From: an uncultured Holophagales bacterium
Lineage (GTDB): Bacteria > Acidobacteriota > Thermoanaerobaculia > Multivoradales > UBA5704
DNA: 64,000 nucleotides
Direction of reading: 5' to 3'
Assembly: GCA_963842525.1 (NCBI GenBank)
Contig: CAWJGT010000030.1
Location: 53,163 to 117,162 of the forward strand
Below are positions 51,133 to 60,164 of the stretch, piece after piece; the first letter of the stretch is position 1; each line of letters opens with the position of its first letter. The notes below the pieces were generated by a model. The model was not told the DNA's origin, did no database searches, and worked only from the letters and a program-made list of their open reading frames with translations. The translations under genes and the position numbers were made by a program.

Positions 51133-51162
51133 AAAGCAAAGGAGACACGGAACCGCGTCTCC
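51133..51162 (-). terminator. Intrinsic terminator of the ABC/HlyD operon
   Basis: Minus strand GGAGACGCGG-tt-CCGTGTCTCC followed by TTTGCTTT. Confidence 0.6.
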
Positions 51163-51240
51163 CCGGGGTTTGGACCCGCTGATCTCAACCTGGTATGTCT
51201 CCGCGCGGGCCGCGATGGTTCAATCCTTGCGGCTCCACTC

Positions 51241-53526
51241 CTACGGATGGGCGATCACCAGCAGGGTACGGGCACGCGCCAGGGTGCAGGCCAGCGCTTG
51301 GCGCAGGCTCTCCGGGTCGAGGGCCGCAAAGCTTTCGTCGAGGATGACGAGCTCGGCGCGCTGGAGCAGGGCGCGGGCGATGTAGAGGCGGCTTTTTTCG
51401 CCGTGCGAGAGCTGCCAGCCCGACTCGCCGACCATCTGGAGGAGGCCAGCGGGCATGCGGTCGAGGAGCTCGCCCAGACCGAGCTCGCGGCAGACCGCCT
51501 CGGCCTCTTCGAAGTCGCCCGGCCGTGGCGGCCATTCACGGCCCATCAGCAGGTTGAAGGCGAAGGTGTCGGTCAGGACGTGGTTGTCCTGGAACTGCGG
51601 CGCGGCCACGACGCGGCGGCGCCAGCCTTCGAGGCCCAGGGAGTGGCGGTCCAGCCCCTCCAGCAGCAGCAGTCCCGACTGCGGCGTCCTCAGCCCGGCC
51701 AGCAGAGAGGCGAGGGTCGACTTGCCGCCGCCTGAGGAACCCTCCAGCAGCAGCCGCTCGCCGGACCGCACGGTCAGGCTGCAGCCGGCGAGGGCGAGCT
51801 CGGTCCGCTCGCCGTAACGGAACACCAGGTCGTGGGCCTCGACCACGACAGGGGCCTCGGACCCGGTCGCGGCGGGTGCGGCGGCGAGGACCGCCTCGGG
51901 AGCGGCGGGCTCGGTCCGCGCGGCGGCATGGAAGATCGACGCGACCTGTCGCCACGAGACCGCCGCCTCGGACAGGTCGGCCAGGCCGCGGACCATCTTC
52001 CAGAACGACCAGTAGGCGAAGAGGGCGCCGCCCAGGGAGATTGCGAGGCTTGCCGCGGAGGCGCGGCCGGAGATGAAGGCGGGTGCGATGGCGAGCAGGC
52101 TGAGCAGCAGCCAGCCGCGCGGAAGGATCACCCGGAGCTGCGCCGCCCTGCGGTCGAGCTCGGCGGAGAGGCCGAGATAGCTCTCGAGGTCCCCATCCTC
52201 TTTCTCGTGCCAGCGGCCGACGCTCTGCTGCGCGAGGCGGGTCCGGTGGCCGACCATCTGCTCGACGAGGTCGTGGGTCATCTCCAGCCGGACGTTGGTC
52301 CAGGCCCGGCGTTGCCGGAAGTAGCGCGCCGAGCGCCAGTAGGCGACGGCGACCCAGGCGAAGAGCAGGACGACGTGCGGCCAGCCCGCGGCGCCCGCGG
52401 CCAGGATGGGCACGACGAGGACGATCTCGGAGAGGGTGATGATGCCGATGTGGGCGCCGGTCAGGGCGAGGAATTCGAGCGCCTCGGCGTTCAAGATGCG
52501 GCCGAGGAGCTGGCCCGCGCCCTGATGGCGCGTCTCTTCGGGCTCGAGCCGCAGGGCCCCCATCATCAGCCGGCGCTTGAACAGCCGGCCCACTCGCGAC
52601 ATGAGCACGCCCGCCGACCACAGCTCGAGCGCGCGGAACGGGACCACGGTGAGGAGCAGCAGCGCCCAGGCGAGCAGCCAGCCGCGGTCCAGACGTCCCT
52701 GCAGCACGCCCTGGCCCAGCACCCACCAGGAAAGGAGGAGCACGGCGTGCTGCACCATGTGGGAGAGGACGAGGACGGTAGCCCGTCCGCGCAGGCCGGC
52801 GCGGCGGACCGCGGCCCAGAAGCTGCCGCCCGGCGGGAGGTCGAGGAGCCAGCAGCCGCCGATCCGCGCCGCGCTCAGCCGTTCGGCCAGGATCGTCGCG
52901 CGGGCCCGCGGCCGGCGGCCCGCCGGGACCCCGGCCTCTTCCAGCAGGAGGTCCACCTCGGGGGTGATGCGCGCGTCGAGATCGCTGCGCAGCGCGTCGC
53001 GGACCGCCTCGACCGGCACCCGCCGCGCGCGGTGCTCGGGGTCGAGCACGGTCACCCGGCGCCGGCCGCCCGCGAGGACGGCGAGGAAACGGGGTCCGCC
53101 CGTTCCAGGCAACCGGAGAAGGGCAGGGGCGGTCTGCCGTACGAGCCCCTCGACCTCTCCATAGGTGGCCTCGACGGGCTCGACCTCCAGCCCCATGGCG
53201 CCGGCAGCAACGTCGATCCAGCGGTCGAGGGAGCCCTCACCCCCGACCCCTCTCCCATCCGCACTCCCAACCTCCGGGAGAGGGGAGCCCCCGTCCAAAG
53301 ATTCGCTGGCAGTCCCTTTTCCCCCCTCTCCCGGGGGAGTGGGAGTGCGGATGGGAGAGGGGGGCCAGGGGGGTGAGGGTTTCCTCGGCACCGGCTCCTC
53401 CAACACTGGTTCCGGAAGGTCGAGCTTCTTCGGATCGAGACCGCTGCGGCTCGCCAGGGCGGACAGGGCCTCTCCCAGCCGTTCGACCGGCCAAGCGAGC
53501 GCGTCCAGGGAGACAGCCGACCTCAT
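51241..53526 (-). CDS. ABC exporter (degenerate C39-like N-terminus + TMD + NBD)
   Basis: ATG overlaps the upstream stop. GSSGGGKST, LSHGE, ILDE and IAH motifs. The N-terminal domain lacks the Q...C catalytic motif. Confidence 0.85.
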   Translation of the reverse strand: MRSAVSLDALAWPVERLGEALSALASRSGLDPKKLDLPEPVLEEPVPRKPSPPWPPSPIRTPTPPGEGGKGTASESLDGGSPLPEVGSADGRGVGGEGSLDRWIDVAAGAMGLEVEPVEATYGEVEGLVRQTAPALLRLPGTGGPRFLAVLAGGRRRVTVLDPEHRARRVPVEAVRDALRSDLDARITPEVDLLLEEAGVPAGRRPRARATILAERLSAARIGGCWLLDLPPGGSFWAAVRRAGLRGRATVLVLSHMVQHAVLLLSWWVLGQGVLQGRLDRGWLLAWALLLLTVVPFRALELWSAGVLMSRVGRLFKRRLMMGALRLEPEETRHQGAGQLLGRILNAEALEFLALTGAHIGIITLSEIVLVVPILAAGAAGWPHVVLLFAWVAVAYWRSARYFRQRRAWTNVRLEMTHDLVEQMVGHRTRLAQQSVGRWHEKEDGDLESYLGLSAELDRRAAQLRVILPRGWLLLSLLAIAPAFISGRASAASLAISLGGALFAYWSFWKMVRGLADLSEAAVSWRQVASIFHAAARTEPAAPEAVLAAAPAATGSEAPVVVEAHDLVFRYGERTELALAGCSLTVRSGERLLLEGSSGGGKSTLASLLAGLRTPQSGLLLLEGLDRHSLGLEGWRRRVVAAPQFQDNHVLTDTFAFNLLMGREWPPRPGDFEEAEAVCRELGLGELLDRMPAGLLQMVGESGWQLSHGEKSRLYIARALLQRAELVILDESFAALDPESLRQALACTLARARTLLVIAHP
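53234..53379. repeat. Palindromic element copy, in-frame in ABC exporter 2
   Basis: CCCTCACCCCCGACCCCTCTCCCATCCGCACTCCC...GGGAGTGCGGATGGGAGAGGGGGGCCAGGGGGGTGAGGG. Confidence 0.9.
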
Positions 53527-56330
53527 TCCGCCGTCTCCTCCTCGGAAAGCCGGCCGCGCTCCATCCGCAGACGCCGCCAGGCGCGGCTCGCCCAGAGCCC
53601 TTCCCGCACATCCCTCTCGGCCTCCAGCAGGGCGCGGTAGCGCGACCCGTACTGCTCCGCGAGGTCGGCAGGACGGGCGTCCTCGACCACATGGCCGTTC
53701 TCCACCACGAGCACCCGCTCGAACTCGAGGGTTTCGCCCACGTCGTGTGTGATGCAGAGAAAGGTGGCCCCCTGCCAGAGGGTCCGGGCGCGGGCGAGGA
53801 GCTGCCGCCGCTGCTCGCGGTCGAGGCCACGGAACGGCTCGTCGAGGATCACCAGGCGCACCCCAGGCCGCAGCAGCGAACGGGCGAAGCGCACCCGCTG
53901 CCCCTCGCCGCCCGAGACCAGGCCGCCCCCTTCGCCGAGCGCGGTCTGGAGCCCCTCCGGGAGCTTGCGCAGCACGCCGGTGAGGTCCGCTTGGCGGATC
54001 GCGGCATCCACCGGCCGGGCGATCGTTCCATCCGTGCCGTAGCGGAGGTTTTCGAGCAGCGAGCGGTTCCAGACCTGCACGGCCGGATCGACCCAGGCGG
54101 TCTCGCGGCGGAGAGCCTGCAGCCGCTCGCCGCCGAGCGGCACGCCGTCGATCAGCACGCGCCCTGTCGACGGCCGGTGCCACCCCAGCAGTGTGCCCAC
54201 CAGGCTCGACTTGCCCGCGCCCGAGGGGCCAACGATCGCCACCTGGCTTCCCGGCTCGATAGCGATGTCCACCCCCTCCAGGATCGTGTGCCCGGCCGCC
54301 CGCACGCTGACTCCTTCCCAGGCGATCCTCACCCCCGGCCCCTCTCCCATCTCCCTTCCACCCTCCGCCGGGAGAGGGGGGAAATCCATTTCTAAGCTGC
54401 CTTTGATTGAATTCTCCCCCTCTCCCGGGGGCAGGGGGGGCGATGGGAGAGGGGGCCGGGGGGTGAGGGGCCGGGTGGCGGGCTGTACGGCCTCCCCCTC
54501 CTCCGGCGCCCCGAGAGGCTCCAGCAGCCGCAACGTCACATTGCGATGGGAGGGGTACTGCGTGGCGATCATCAGGATCAGCATGTGACCCAGCGAGAGG
54601 ACCTTGAGGGCCCAATACACGATCAGCAGCACGCTGCCGTCGAGCCCATGGCGCGCAAGGTGGTTGAAGAGCAGGGCGATCGTCATCGACACCATGGCGA
54701 TCTGCACCGCCGTGTCGGCCACGACCTCGGCGCCGCGCAGGCGGAGGTAGGCGCGCGCCCATTCGGAGAGCAGGCTCTCGTGCTGCCGCCGGACCGCCGT
54801 CTGCGCGCCGTGGGTGCGGATGGGGAACAGGCCGAGAAGACCGTCGAGGTAGAAGCGGGAGAGCGCGCCGGCATGGTTGCGCACCCGCAGGTCCCACTCC
54901 GACAGCCGGGGGATCAGGACGAGCGGCACGACGATCGTCAAGGCGCCGGCCAGGAGGACCAGCGGCGCGCTCCCCGGGTCGAGCCAGACGATGCCGGCGA
55001 GGGTGAAGAGGAGCTCGAAGGCGGTGCGGGCGAACGACTCTCCCACGTCGGGCACGAGCCGGAGCCGGTGGACGCTGTGGCTGCGGTCGGCCATGTCCGA
55101 GGTCAGACGGCTCTGGAAATAACGGTCGCCGAGGAGGGGGATCTTGCGCAGGAACGCCATGCGCAGCCGCATCTCCAGATGGCGTCCGAGGCGCAGGGCT
55201 CCGCGCATGATCGGTAGGTCGAGCAGCAGGAAGAGGGCGATCACGGCGAACAGCATGCCGAGCGCCACGGCGCGTTGCCGGCTGACTTCGAGCTCGCGTC
55301 CGAGGTCGAAAAAGGCGCGGAAGAACAGCGCTTCGAGGACCACGCCCAGCCCCGCCACCAGGAGGCCCAGGACGAGAGCGCCCGGACCGAGCGCGCCGTC
55401 CGCGGCGAGCAGCCGGAGCAGCTCCCGGCCCGGCCGTGCCGGTGGCTCGGAGACCGCGGCGGCCAGCTCCGGCGAAAGCTTTTCGAGCGCCGGGCCTTTC
55501 TCCAGAGCGCGGCGCCGGCGGGCGCGCACCAGCACGGCGCCGCGGAAGAGCACCTGCTCCTCTCCTTCGGTATCACTCCCGGAGGACACCGCCGGGCGGA
55601 CCGACCACCAGGCCTCCGGCACCACGGCGGCCTCGGTCTCCGGGGAGGCCTCGCGCCAGCGGGCGAGGAGTGAGCGCAGGAGAGCGGCCGACTCCCGGCC
55701 CTTGCGGACCCCACCGGAGCCGACCAGCGAGCGGACCATCCGCACGCAGGCGTCGAGCGCCGCGATGGACCTCCAGCCGGGATCGGCCAGGGCTTCGCTT
55801 TGGAGCACCGTTGCCTCGTCCCTGGAGAGCCCGATCTCGGCGAGCCGGGCGGTGAGGCCGCGCAGGAATTCGTCAGACCCGGCCCACTCACGCCAGCCCG
55901 CTGCCGGCACCGCCATCCGGTGCACGTAGGCGTCGTCGAGGAGCTGCCGCACGGTCAGCCAGCGCCGTCCGGTCGCCGGGTCCATGACCTGGATCAGCGG
56001 CCCATGGCGGCGCCAGACCACCACGAAATGGGTCATGCCGTTGGGATGGCGGACGACGAGGATCGCCGGCAGACAGCGTGCTTCCGGCAGGAGCAGGTGG
56101 TCGAGAGGGACCATGACCTGCTCGGCATCGAGCCCGAGCTGGACCGCCACCTCTTCCATCGTGTCGATCGACGTGCCGTCGAGGTCGATCTGGCAGGCCT
56201 CGCGCAGCCGGCCATAGCTGACGCGGAGGCCGAACCCTTCGAGCAGCGCCTTCAAGGTGGCCGGCCCGCAGTCCATCGCCGAGGTCTGGACGACCTCGGG
56301 CGACAGGAAGGCGCGGCGGGGGGTGGGCAT
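53523..56330 (-). CDS. Peptidase C39-containing ABC transporter (PCAT)
   Basis: VVQTSAMDCGPA...HFVVVW...VMDPA.G (Cys/His/Asp), TMD, GPSGAGKS, VSGGEGQR and ILDEP. Confidence 0.92.
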   Translation of the reverse strand: MPTPRRAFLSPEVVQTSAMDCGPATLKALLEGFGLRVSYGRLREACQIDLDGTSIDTMEEVAVQLGLDAEQVMVPLDHLLLPEARCLPAILVVRHPNGMTHFVVVWRRHGPLIQVMDPATGRRWLTVRQLLDDAYVHRMAVPAAGWREWAGSDEFLRGLTARLAEIGLSRDEATVLQSEALADPGWRSIAALDACVRMVRSLVGSGGVRKGRESAALLRSLLARWREASPETEAAVVPEAWWSVRPAVSSGSDTEGEEQVLFRGAVLVRARRRRALEKGPALEKLSPELAAAVSEPPARPGRELLRLLAADGALGPGALVLGLLVAGLGVVLEALFFRAFFDLGRELEVSRQRAVALGMLFAVIALFLLLDLPIMRGALRLGRHLEMRLRMAFLRKIPLLGDRYFQSRLTSDMADRSHSVHRLRLVPDVGESFARTAFELLFTLAGIVWLDPGSAPLVLLAGALTIVVPLVLIPRLSEWDLRVRNHAGALSRFYLDGLLGLFPIRTHGAQTAVRRQHESLLSEWARAYLRLRGAEVVADTAVQIAMVSMTIALLFNHLARHGLDGSVLLIVYWALKVLSLGHMLILMIATQYPSHRNVTLRLLEPLGAPEEGEAVQPATRPLTPRPPLPSPPLPPGEGENSIKGSLEMDFPPLPAEGGREMGEGPGVRIAWEGVSVRAAGHTILEGVDIAIEPGSQVAIVGPSGAGKSSLVGTLLGWHRPSTGRVLIDGVPLGGERLQALRRETAWVDPAVQVWNRSLLENLRYGTDGTIARPVDAAIRQADLTGVLRKLPEGLQTALGEGGGLVSGGEGQRVRFARSLLRPGVRLVILDEPFRGLDREQRRQLLARARTLWQGATFLCITHDVGETLEFERVLVVENGHVVEDARPADLAEQYGSRYRALLEAERDVREGLWASRAWRRLRMERGRLSEEETAE
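54327..54468. repeat. Palindromic element copy, in-frame in the PCAT TMD-NBD linker
   Basis: CCTCACCCCCGGCCCCTCTCCCATC...GATGGGAGAGGGGGCCGGGGGGTGAGG. Confidence 0.9.
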
Positions 56331-57712
56331 CAGGAGGGGACCTCACCCCCTGTCCCCCTCTCCCATCGCACTCCCCCCGACCGGGAGAGGGGGGACGCAG
56401 GCGGAGCGTTCGAGGCCAGGTCCATGCGATCTCTCCTCAGAGAACCTGTCCGGATCGTAGCCTGCTCAGTTCGCCGCACACCGCCTCCTCGACGTCCCCC
56501 CTCTCCCGGAGGCAGGGGGGGCGATGGGAGAGGGGGACAGGGGGTGAGGCCTCCCACCACCGGCCGGTCGAATACCTTGCCTACCGCACGCAGCACCAGG
56601 GTCGCCGGGGTCACCCGCTCGACCTCCACCTCCACGGTGCCGGGCAGACCGTGCTGGAGCGGCAGGCGCGAGCGGCGGTCCGGCCGCGCCGCGAGCTCGA
56701 CGCGGATGGTCCCGCCGCGGGGCTCGTCGGCCACTTGGGCGACGGTGGCGGCGAGATATCCGTACTCGGTCGAGGGGAACCCGGCCAGGCGGACCCGCCC
56801 CTCCTGGCCCGGCCGGATGCGGCCAAGGGCCGACGAGGGAGGAAACTCGGCGATCACCTTGAGCCCCCCTTCGGGAACGATCAGGCCGAGCTGCGTCCCG
56901 GGAGCGATCACCGAGCCGACCCGCAAGGGGACGACCTGGCCGATCCGGCCCGCCACGGGGGCGCGGAGGACGCGCATCTCGACGTTGTGCTGCAACCGGC
57001 GCTCGGCCGCGGCGCCGCTGCCGACCTGCCCTTCGAGCAGGGCGAGGGCGCTCTCGTGCTCCTCGATGTCGGCCTGCCGGTCGCTCGCGGCGCTGCGGTC
57101 ACTGAAGGCGAGGCGGTCGAGCATGAGCCGGGCGGACTCGGCGGCAGCGCGCCGCTGCTCGGCCTCCGAGCGGGTCCGCGCCGCCTCGGCTTCGGGGATG
57201 AGGCCGCCGGCGAGCAGCCGGGCCTGGCGATCGGCCTCCTGCTCGGCGAGCTTGGCCGCAGCCTCAGCCTCGACGGAGCGCGACCGCCCCTCGGCAAGGG
57301 TCGCCGCGGCCGCTTGGCGGTGCTCTTCGAGAGCCTTCCGCTCGGCCGCGATCTGGCCTCGCAGGGCCGCGATCTGGCGGGTCAGAGCGGACCCCCGGGC
57401 CTGCTCGCCGGCCAGCAGGGCTTGCGGCTCGTCCCCCTCCAACTCGGCGAGGACCTCGCCGGCCTTGACCCGCTGGCCGAGCGAGATGTGCAAGGCCGCG
57501 ATGCGCCCGCCGACCGGAGCCGCGATTGAATGCGCCTCGCGCTCCACCGTCAACCAGGCGTGCTCCGTCACCTCGTAGACCGTAACCCGGGCCGCCAGGA
57601 ACCAGGCGCTCCAGGCGGCGAGCAACAGGAGAGTGGGCACCAGCCCCAGGATCCAGCGGCGGTGCCCATCGGCTTCGAGGGAACGGAGGGTGCGCGAGAA
57701 CGGGCTGGGCAT
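56330..57712 (-). CDS. HlyD-family membrane fusion protein, with C-terminus extended by a palindromic element
   Basis: N-terminal TM, IAAPVGGRI...GQRVKAGEVL, coiled coil, LRAPVAGRI, FP...YG and L.HGLPG.VEV. Confidence 0.9.
   Translation of the reverse strand: MPSPFSRTLRSLEADGHRRWILGLVPTLLLLAAWSAWFLAARVTVYEVTEHAWLTVEREAHSIAAPVGGRIAALHISLGQRVKAGEVLAELEGDEPQALLAGEQARGSALTRQIAALRGQIAAERKALEEHRQAAAATLAEGRSRSVEAEAAAKLAEQEADRQARLLAGGLIPEAEAARTRSEAEQRRAAAESARLMLDRLAFSDRSAASDRQADIEEHESALALLEGQVGSGAAAERRLQHNVEMRVLRAPVAGRIGQVVPLRVGSVIAPGTQLGLIVPEGGLKVIAEFPPSSALGRIRPGQEGRVRLAGFPSTEYGYLAATVAQVADEPRGGTIRVELAARPDRRSRLPLQHGLPGTVEVEVERVTPATLVLRAVGKVFDRPVVGGLTPCPPLPSPPLPPGEGGRRGGGVRRTEQATIRTGSLRRDRMDLASNAPPASPLSRSGGVRWERGTGGEVPS
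56341..56549. repeat. Long palindromic element copy in the 3' end of the HlyD gene
   Basis: Arms are nearly identical to the 2287-2489 copy. Core TCTCCTCAGAGAACCTGTC matches the reverse complement of the 2287 core at 17/19. Confidence 0.9.
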
Positions 57713-57808
57713 GGCTGTCAGGGCAGGGTAGCATCAATGCTATTCGGATAAAGGCCGGAGGTGGAGATAGCGAGCGATGGTACTTGAGCGGAGCAAGTGG
57801 GTCCTTTT

Positions 57809-57841
57809 TCCCCTCTCCCGGTTGGGGGTAGGGGGGTGAGG
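57809..57841. repeat. Eroded half copy of the palindromic element
   Basis: TCCCCTCTCCCGGTTGGGGGTAGGGGGGTGAGG directly before an ATG. Confidence 0.6.
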
Positions 57842-57844
57842 ATC

Positions 57845-58213
57845 ATGGGGGCGGGGCTTCTTCTGCTGGCCTTCATCCTCCTCGCCGGGTGCGGGAAGAA
57901 CGACGTCAGGCGGAACGCGGCGGAGATGACGGGAGGGAACCCCGACCGGGGTCCGATCCTGGTCGGCAAGTACGGCTGCGGTGCCTGCCACCTGATTTCC
58001 GAAGTCCAGGGCGCCAAAGGCCTGGTCGGGCCTTCGCTCGACGGGATCGGCAGCCGCGTCCGTCTCGCCGGCCAGCTTCCCAATACACCGGACAACATGA
58101 TCCGCTGGGTCCGTGATCCGCAGTCCATCGAGCGCGGGACCGCCATGCCCAATCTGGGAGTGACCGAGCAGGACGGCCGCGACCTGGCGGCGTTCCTCTA
58201 CACGCTGCGATGA
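57845..58213 (+). CDS. Small c-type cytochrome lipoprotein
   Basis: Lipobox LAGC, CGACH, VGPSL.G, and distal Met in TAMPNL. Confidence 0.88.
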   Translation: MGAGLLLLAFILLAGCGKNDVRRNAAEMTGGNPDRGPILVGKYGCGACHLISEVQGAKGLVGPSLDGIGSRVRLAGQLPNTPDNMIRWVRDPQSIERGTAMPNLGVTEQDGRDLAAFLYTLR

Positions 58214-58238
58214 CGCTGCCTCCCTCTATAATGCCCGG

Positions 58239-58299
58239 ATGCGCTTCGAGTGGGATCTCCAGAAGGCGTCCGGAACGGAAGATCTATGAAGAAGGCTGA
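58239..58299 (+). pseudogene. brnT: brnT-family toxin remnant with almost complete internal deletion
   Basis: MRFEWDLQKAS (BrnT-like start) is fused out of frame to ERKIYEEG* (BrnT-like end), which overlaps the antitoxin ATG. TATAAT lies 6 nt upstream. Confidence 0.7.
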
Positions 58300-58549
58300 A
58301 GAAACCTCCGATGAGTTGCGCCCGGAATACAAGCGCTCTGACTTCGGCGAAATAGTCCGGGGCAAGTACGCTGGCCGTATTGCGGCTGCCACGAACGTCG
58401 TCGTCCTCGATCCCGAAGTTGCGAAAGCCTTCCCGAATGATGAATCTGTGAACGACGCCCTACGGGCGCTCATCAACATCGCGAGAGCGGCAACACGCCC
58501 GAGCCGGCACTCTAGAAACCGCACCGCGAAAGCTACGGCGCGTCCCTGA
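58286..58549 (+). CDS. BrnA-like antitoxin
   Basis: DELRPEY...VRGKYA...VVLDPEVAKAFP..ESVNDALR.L. Confidence 0.8.
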   Translation: MKKAEETSDELRPEYKRSDFGEIVRGKYAGRIAAATNVVVLDPEVAKAFPNDESVNDALRALINIARAATRPSRHSRNRTAKATARP

Positions 58550-58563
58550 AGCAGCACGGGCAC

Positions 58564-59082
58564 CTAGGTCGATTCCGGCTCCGGCCGCCGGGAGTAGAGG
58601 GCCTCGTGAAAGGGCTTTCCCTCGCGGACCTGTTGGATCTTCCCGGCGAGGTAGAGCCGGCGGAGGCTCACGCCGACGGAGCGGTGGTCCACCCGGCCGC
58701 GGTGCCTCTTGCCGAAGCGCCTCTCAACCTCGTTGGCGATGGCGGTGGCTCCGAAGGCCTCGCCCGGTGGGCGCCCCTCGACGACCCTGGCAACGAGGCG
58801 GCTCAGCATCGGCCGGCCCGGGCCGAGGTCCTCCTGCTGGGCCGGCGCCTTGTCCGGTTTACGGAGAGCGGGGATGCGCCCCACGAGCTCGCCGGCCGCG
58901 TCGGCCGCCCCCTTGAACGTCTCATAGCGCTCCAGGACCCTGGTTAGCTCCTGTGTCGCAACGGCGCGTTGCTCGCGATGGAAGTCTTCCTGCTCTGCGT
59001 GCAAGGCCTCTTCCTTCCGGAAGTGCTCGATCTGCGCCTCGAGCTCGGCGATCCACTCTGCAACAGACTGGCTGCGGCTCAT
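58564..59082 (-). CDS. Hypothetical coiled-coil + winged-helix-like protein
   Basis: RBS GGGGAGG. N-terminal heptads (IAELEAQIEHF...) and C-terminal FGATAIANEV...VGVSLRRL...G.I..VREG. Confidence 0.65.
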   Translation of the reverse strand: MSRSQSVAEWIAELEAQIEHFRKEEALHAEQEDFHREQRAVATQELTRVLERYETFKGAADAAGELVGRIPALRKPDKAPAQQEDLGPGRPMLSRLVARVVEGRPPGEAFGATAIANEVERRFGKRHRGRVDHRSVGVSLRRLYLAGKIQQVREGKPFHEALYSRRPEPEST

Positions 59083-59179
59083 TCTCGCCTCCCCGAAAGA
59101 TGTCACGACGTCGCGTTGACCGCGCCCGGCGCACTCTACAGTGTAGCAACGTACGGCTACCCGCACCACCCGAAGCCGG

Positions 59180-59750
59180 GCCTGTCGCAGGGTAAGCTTA
59201 CATTGCGGCAGAGTCCCCTTGCCGTGCAGCAACGCTCACAGGCGCCAGCCCGCTGTAGTCCTACATTGTCGCGACGTGTCCATGTAAGCGCACGGCGCAA
59301 GCTTGCGGCAGCCATGGGAAGCGCACGTTGCGACAAAGCCTCCGGACAACGTCGCAACTCTACCATACGACCAGACAAACCTGGCCGTTTCGAGACACAA
59401 GATCTCTACGCTGCGACAAAATGAGGATGCCTTGCGCCGTTGCTTCGATACCTTGCGACGCGTCTCGAAACGTTGCCGCAGCGTTTCATTGCATTGCCGC
59501 AAATTCTCGAGACCTCGTGACATTACAGCGGGGCATTGCGACAGATCATCGAGATCCCAGCGGGGGTAGCTTGCGCTGCGACAATGCAAGCTTGCATCGT
59601 CGCAACGTAAGCTTCCCTGCGACGATGTAAGCTTACATTGCGACGGTGTATGGATGTCTCGCGACGCCGCGAGTAGCTGTGCTGCGGGCTCCGATACGAT
59701 GCGACGAAGAAGGCGGGCCTGCGACAATTTTTCTCGGGGATGCGACAAGG
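59180..59750. repeat. Degenerate tandem array with ~21-bp period (consensus near GTAAGCTTACATTGCGACGAT)
   Basis: (T)GCGAC recurs at spacings close to 21, 42 and 83 bp. GTAAGCTTACATTGCG is exact at 59192 and 59627. Confidence 0.65.
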
Positions 59751-59791
59751 CGGCGAAGCGGTCCACAGCAAGCCAAGAGTAGGGCGCGCAT

Positions 59792-60070
59792 TCAAAGTGG
59801 CCCAGTAAGTCGGTCGGGACTGGCCGGCTCGTCGTCCCGGATCAGGGCCTCTTTGCCGGTCCGGGGGAGCGCTTTGATCCGCAGCTCCTCCCGGAGCGCG
59901 TCGCTCCAGGCCTCGACCTCGCGCGACCAGACGAGGGTCAGGGGCAGGCGCGAGCGCGTGTACCGGGAGGCGCGTCCCGCCTGGTGCTGGACGAGCCGCC
60001 GCTCCAGGTCCCTGGCGATCCCCGTGTAGAGCGAGCCGTCGCTGCAGCGGAGGATGTAGACGAAGGGCAC
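59792..60070 (-). CDS. GIY-YIG nuclease (small stand-alone, YhbQ-like)
   Basis: FVYILRCSDGSLYTG...DLERR..QH..G...YTR.R.P...A..EE.RIK. Confidence 0.88.
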   Translation of the reverse strand: MPFVYILRCSDGSLYTGIARDLERRLVQHQAGRASRYTRSRLPLTLVWSREVEAWSDALREELRIKALPRTGKEALIRDDEPASPDRLTGPL

Positions 60071-60164
60071 GCGGGTAAGTATTCCTTCCTTCCGGTCCAG
60101 GTCAAGGAGGTCGCCTGGAACCCTCCACCCGGTTTTCTCGTCATGGTGACTGGAGGGGAACTGC

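Noticed and set aside
53527-54897. 5' extensions in the ORF track (51241..54897, 40444..43755, 43449..45638, 13133..16021, 28427..29749)
   Set aside because: They overlap genuine upstream genes in another frame. True starts were placed at coupled or RBS-bearing ATGs.
59180-59750. CRISPR array
   Set aside because: No constant repeat alternating with unique spacers, and no cas genes in the window.
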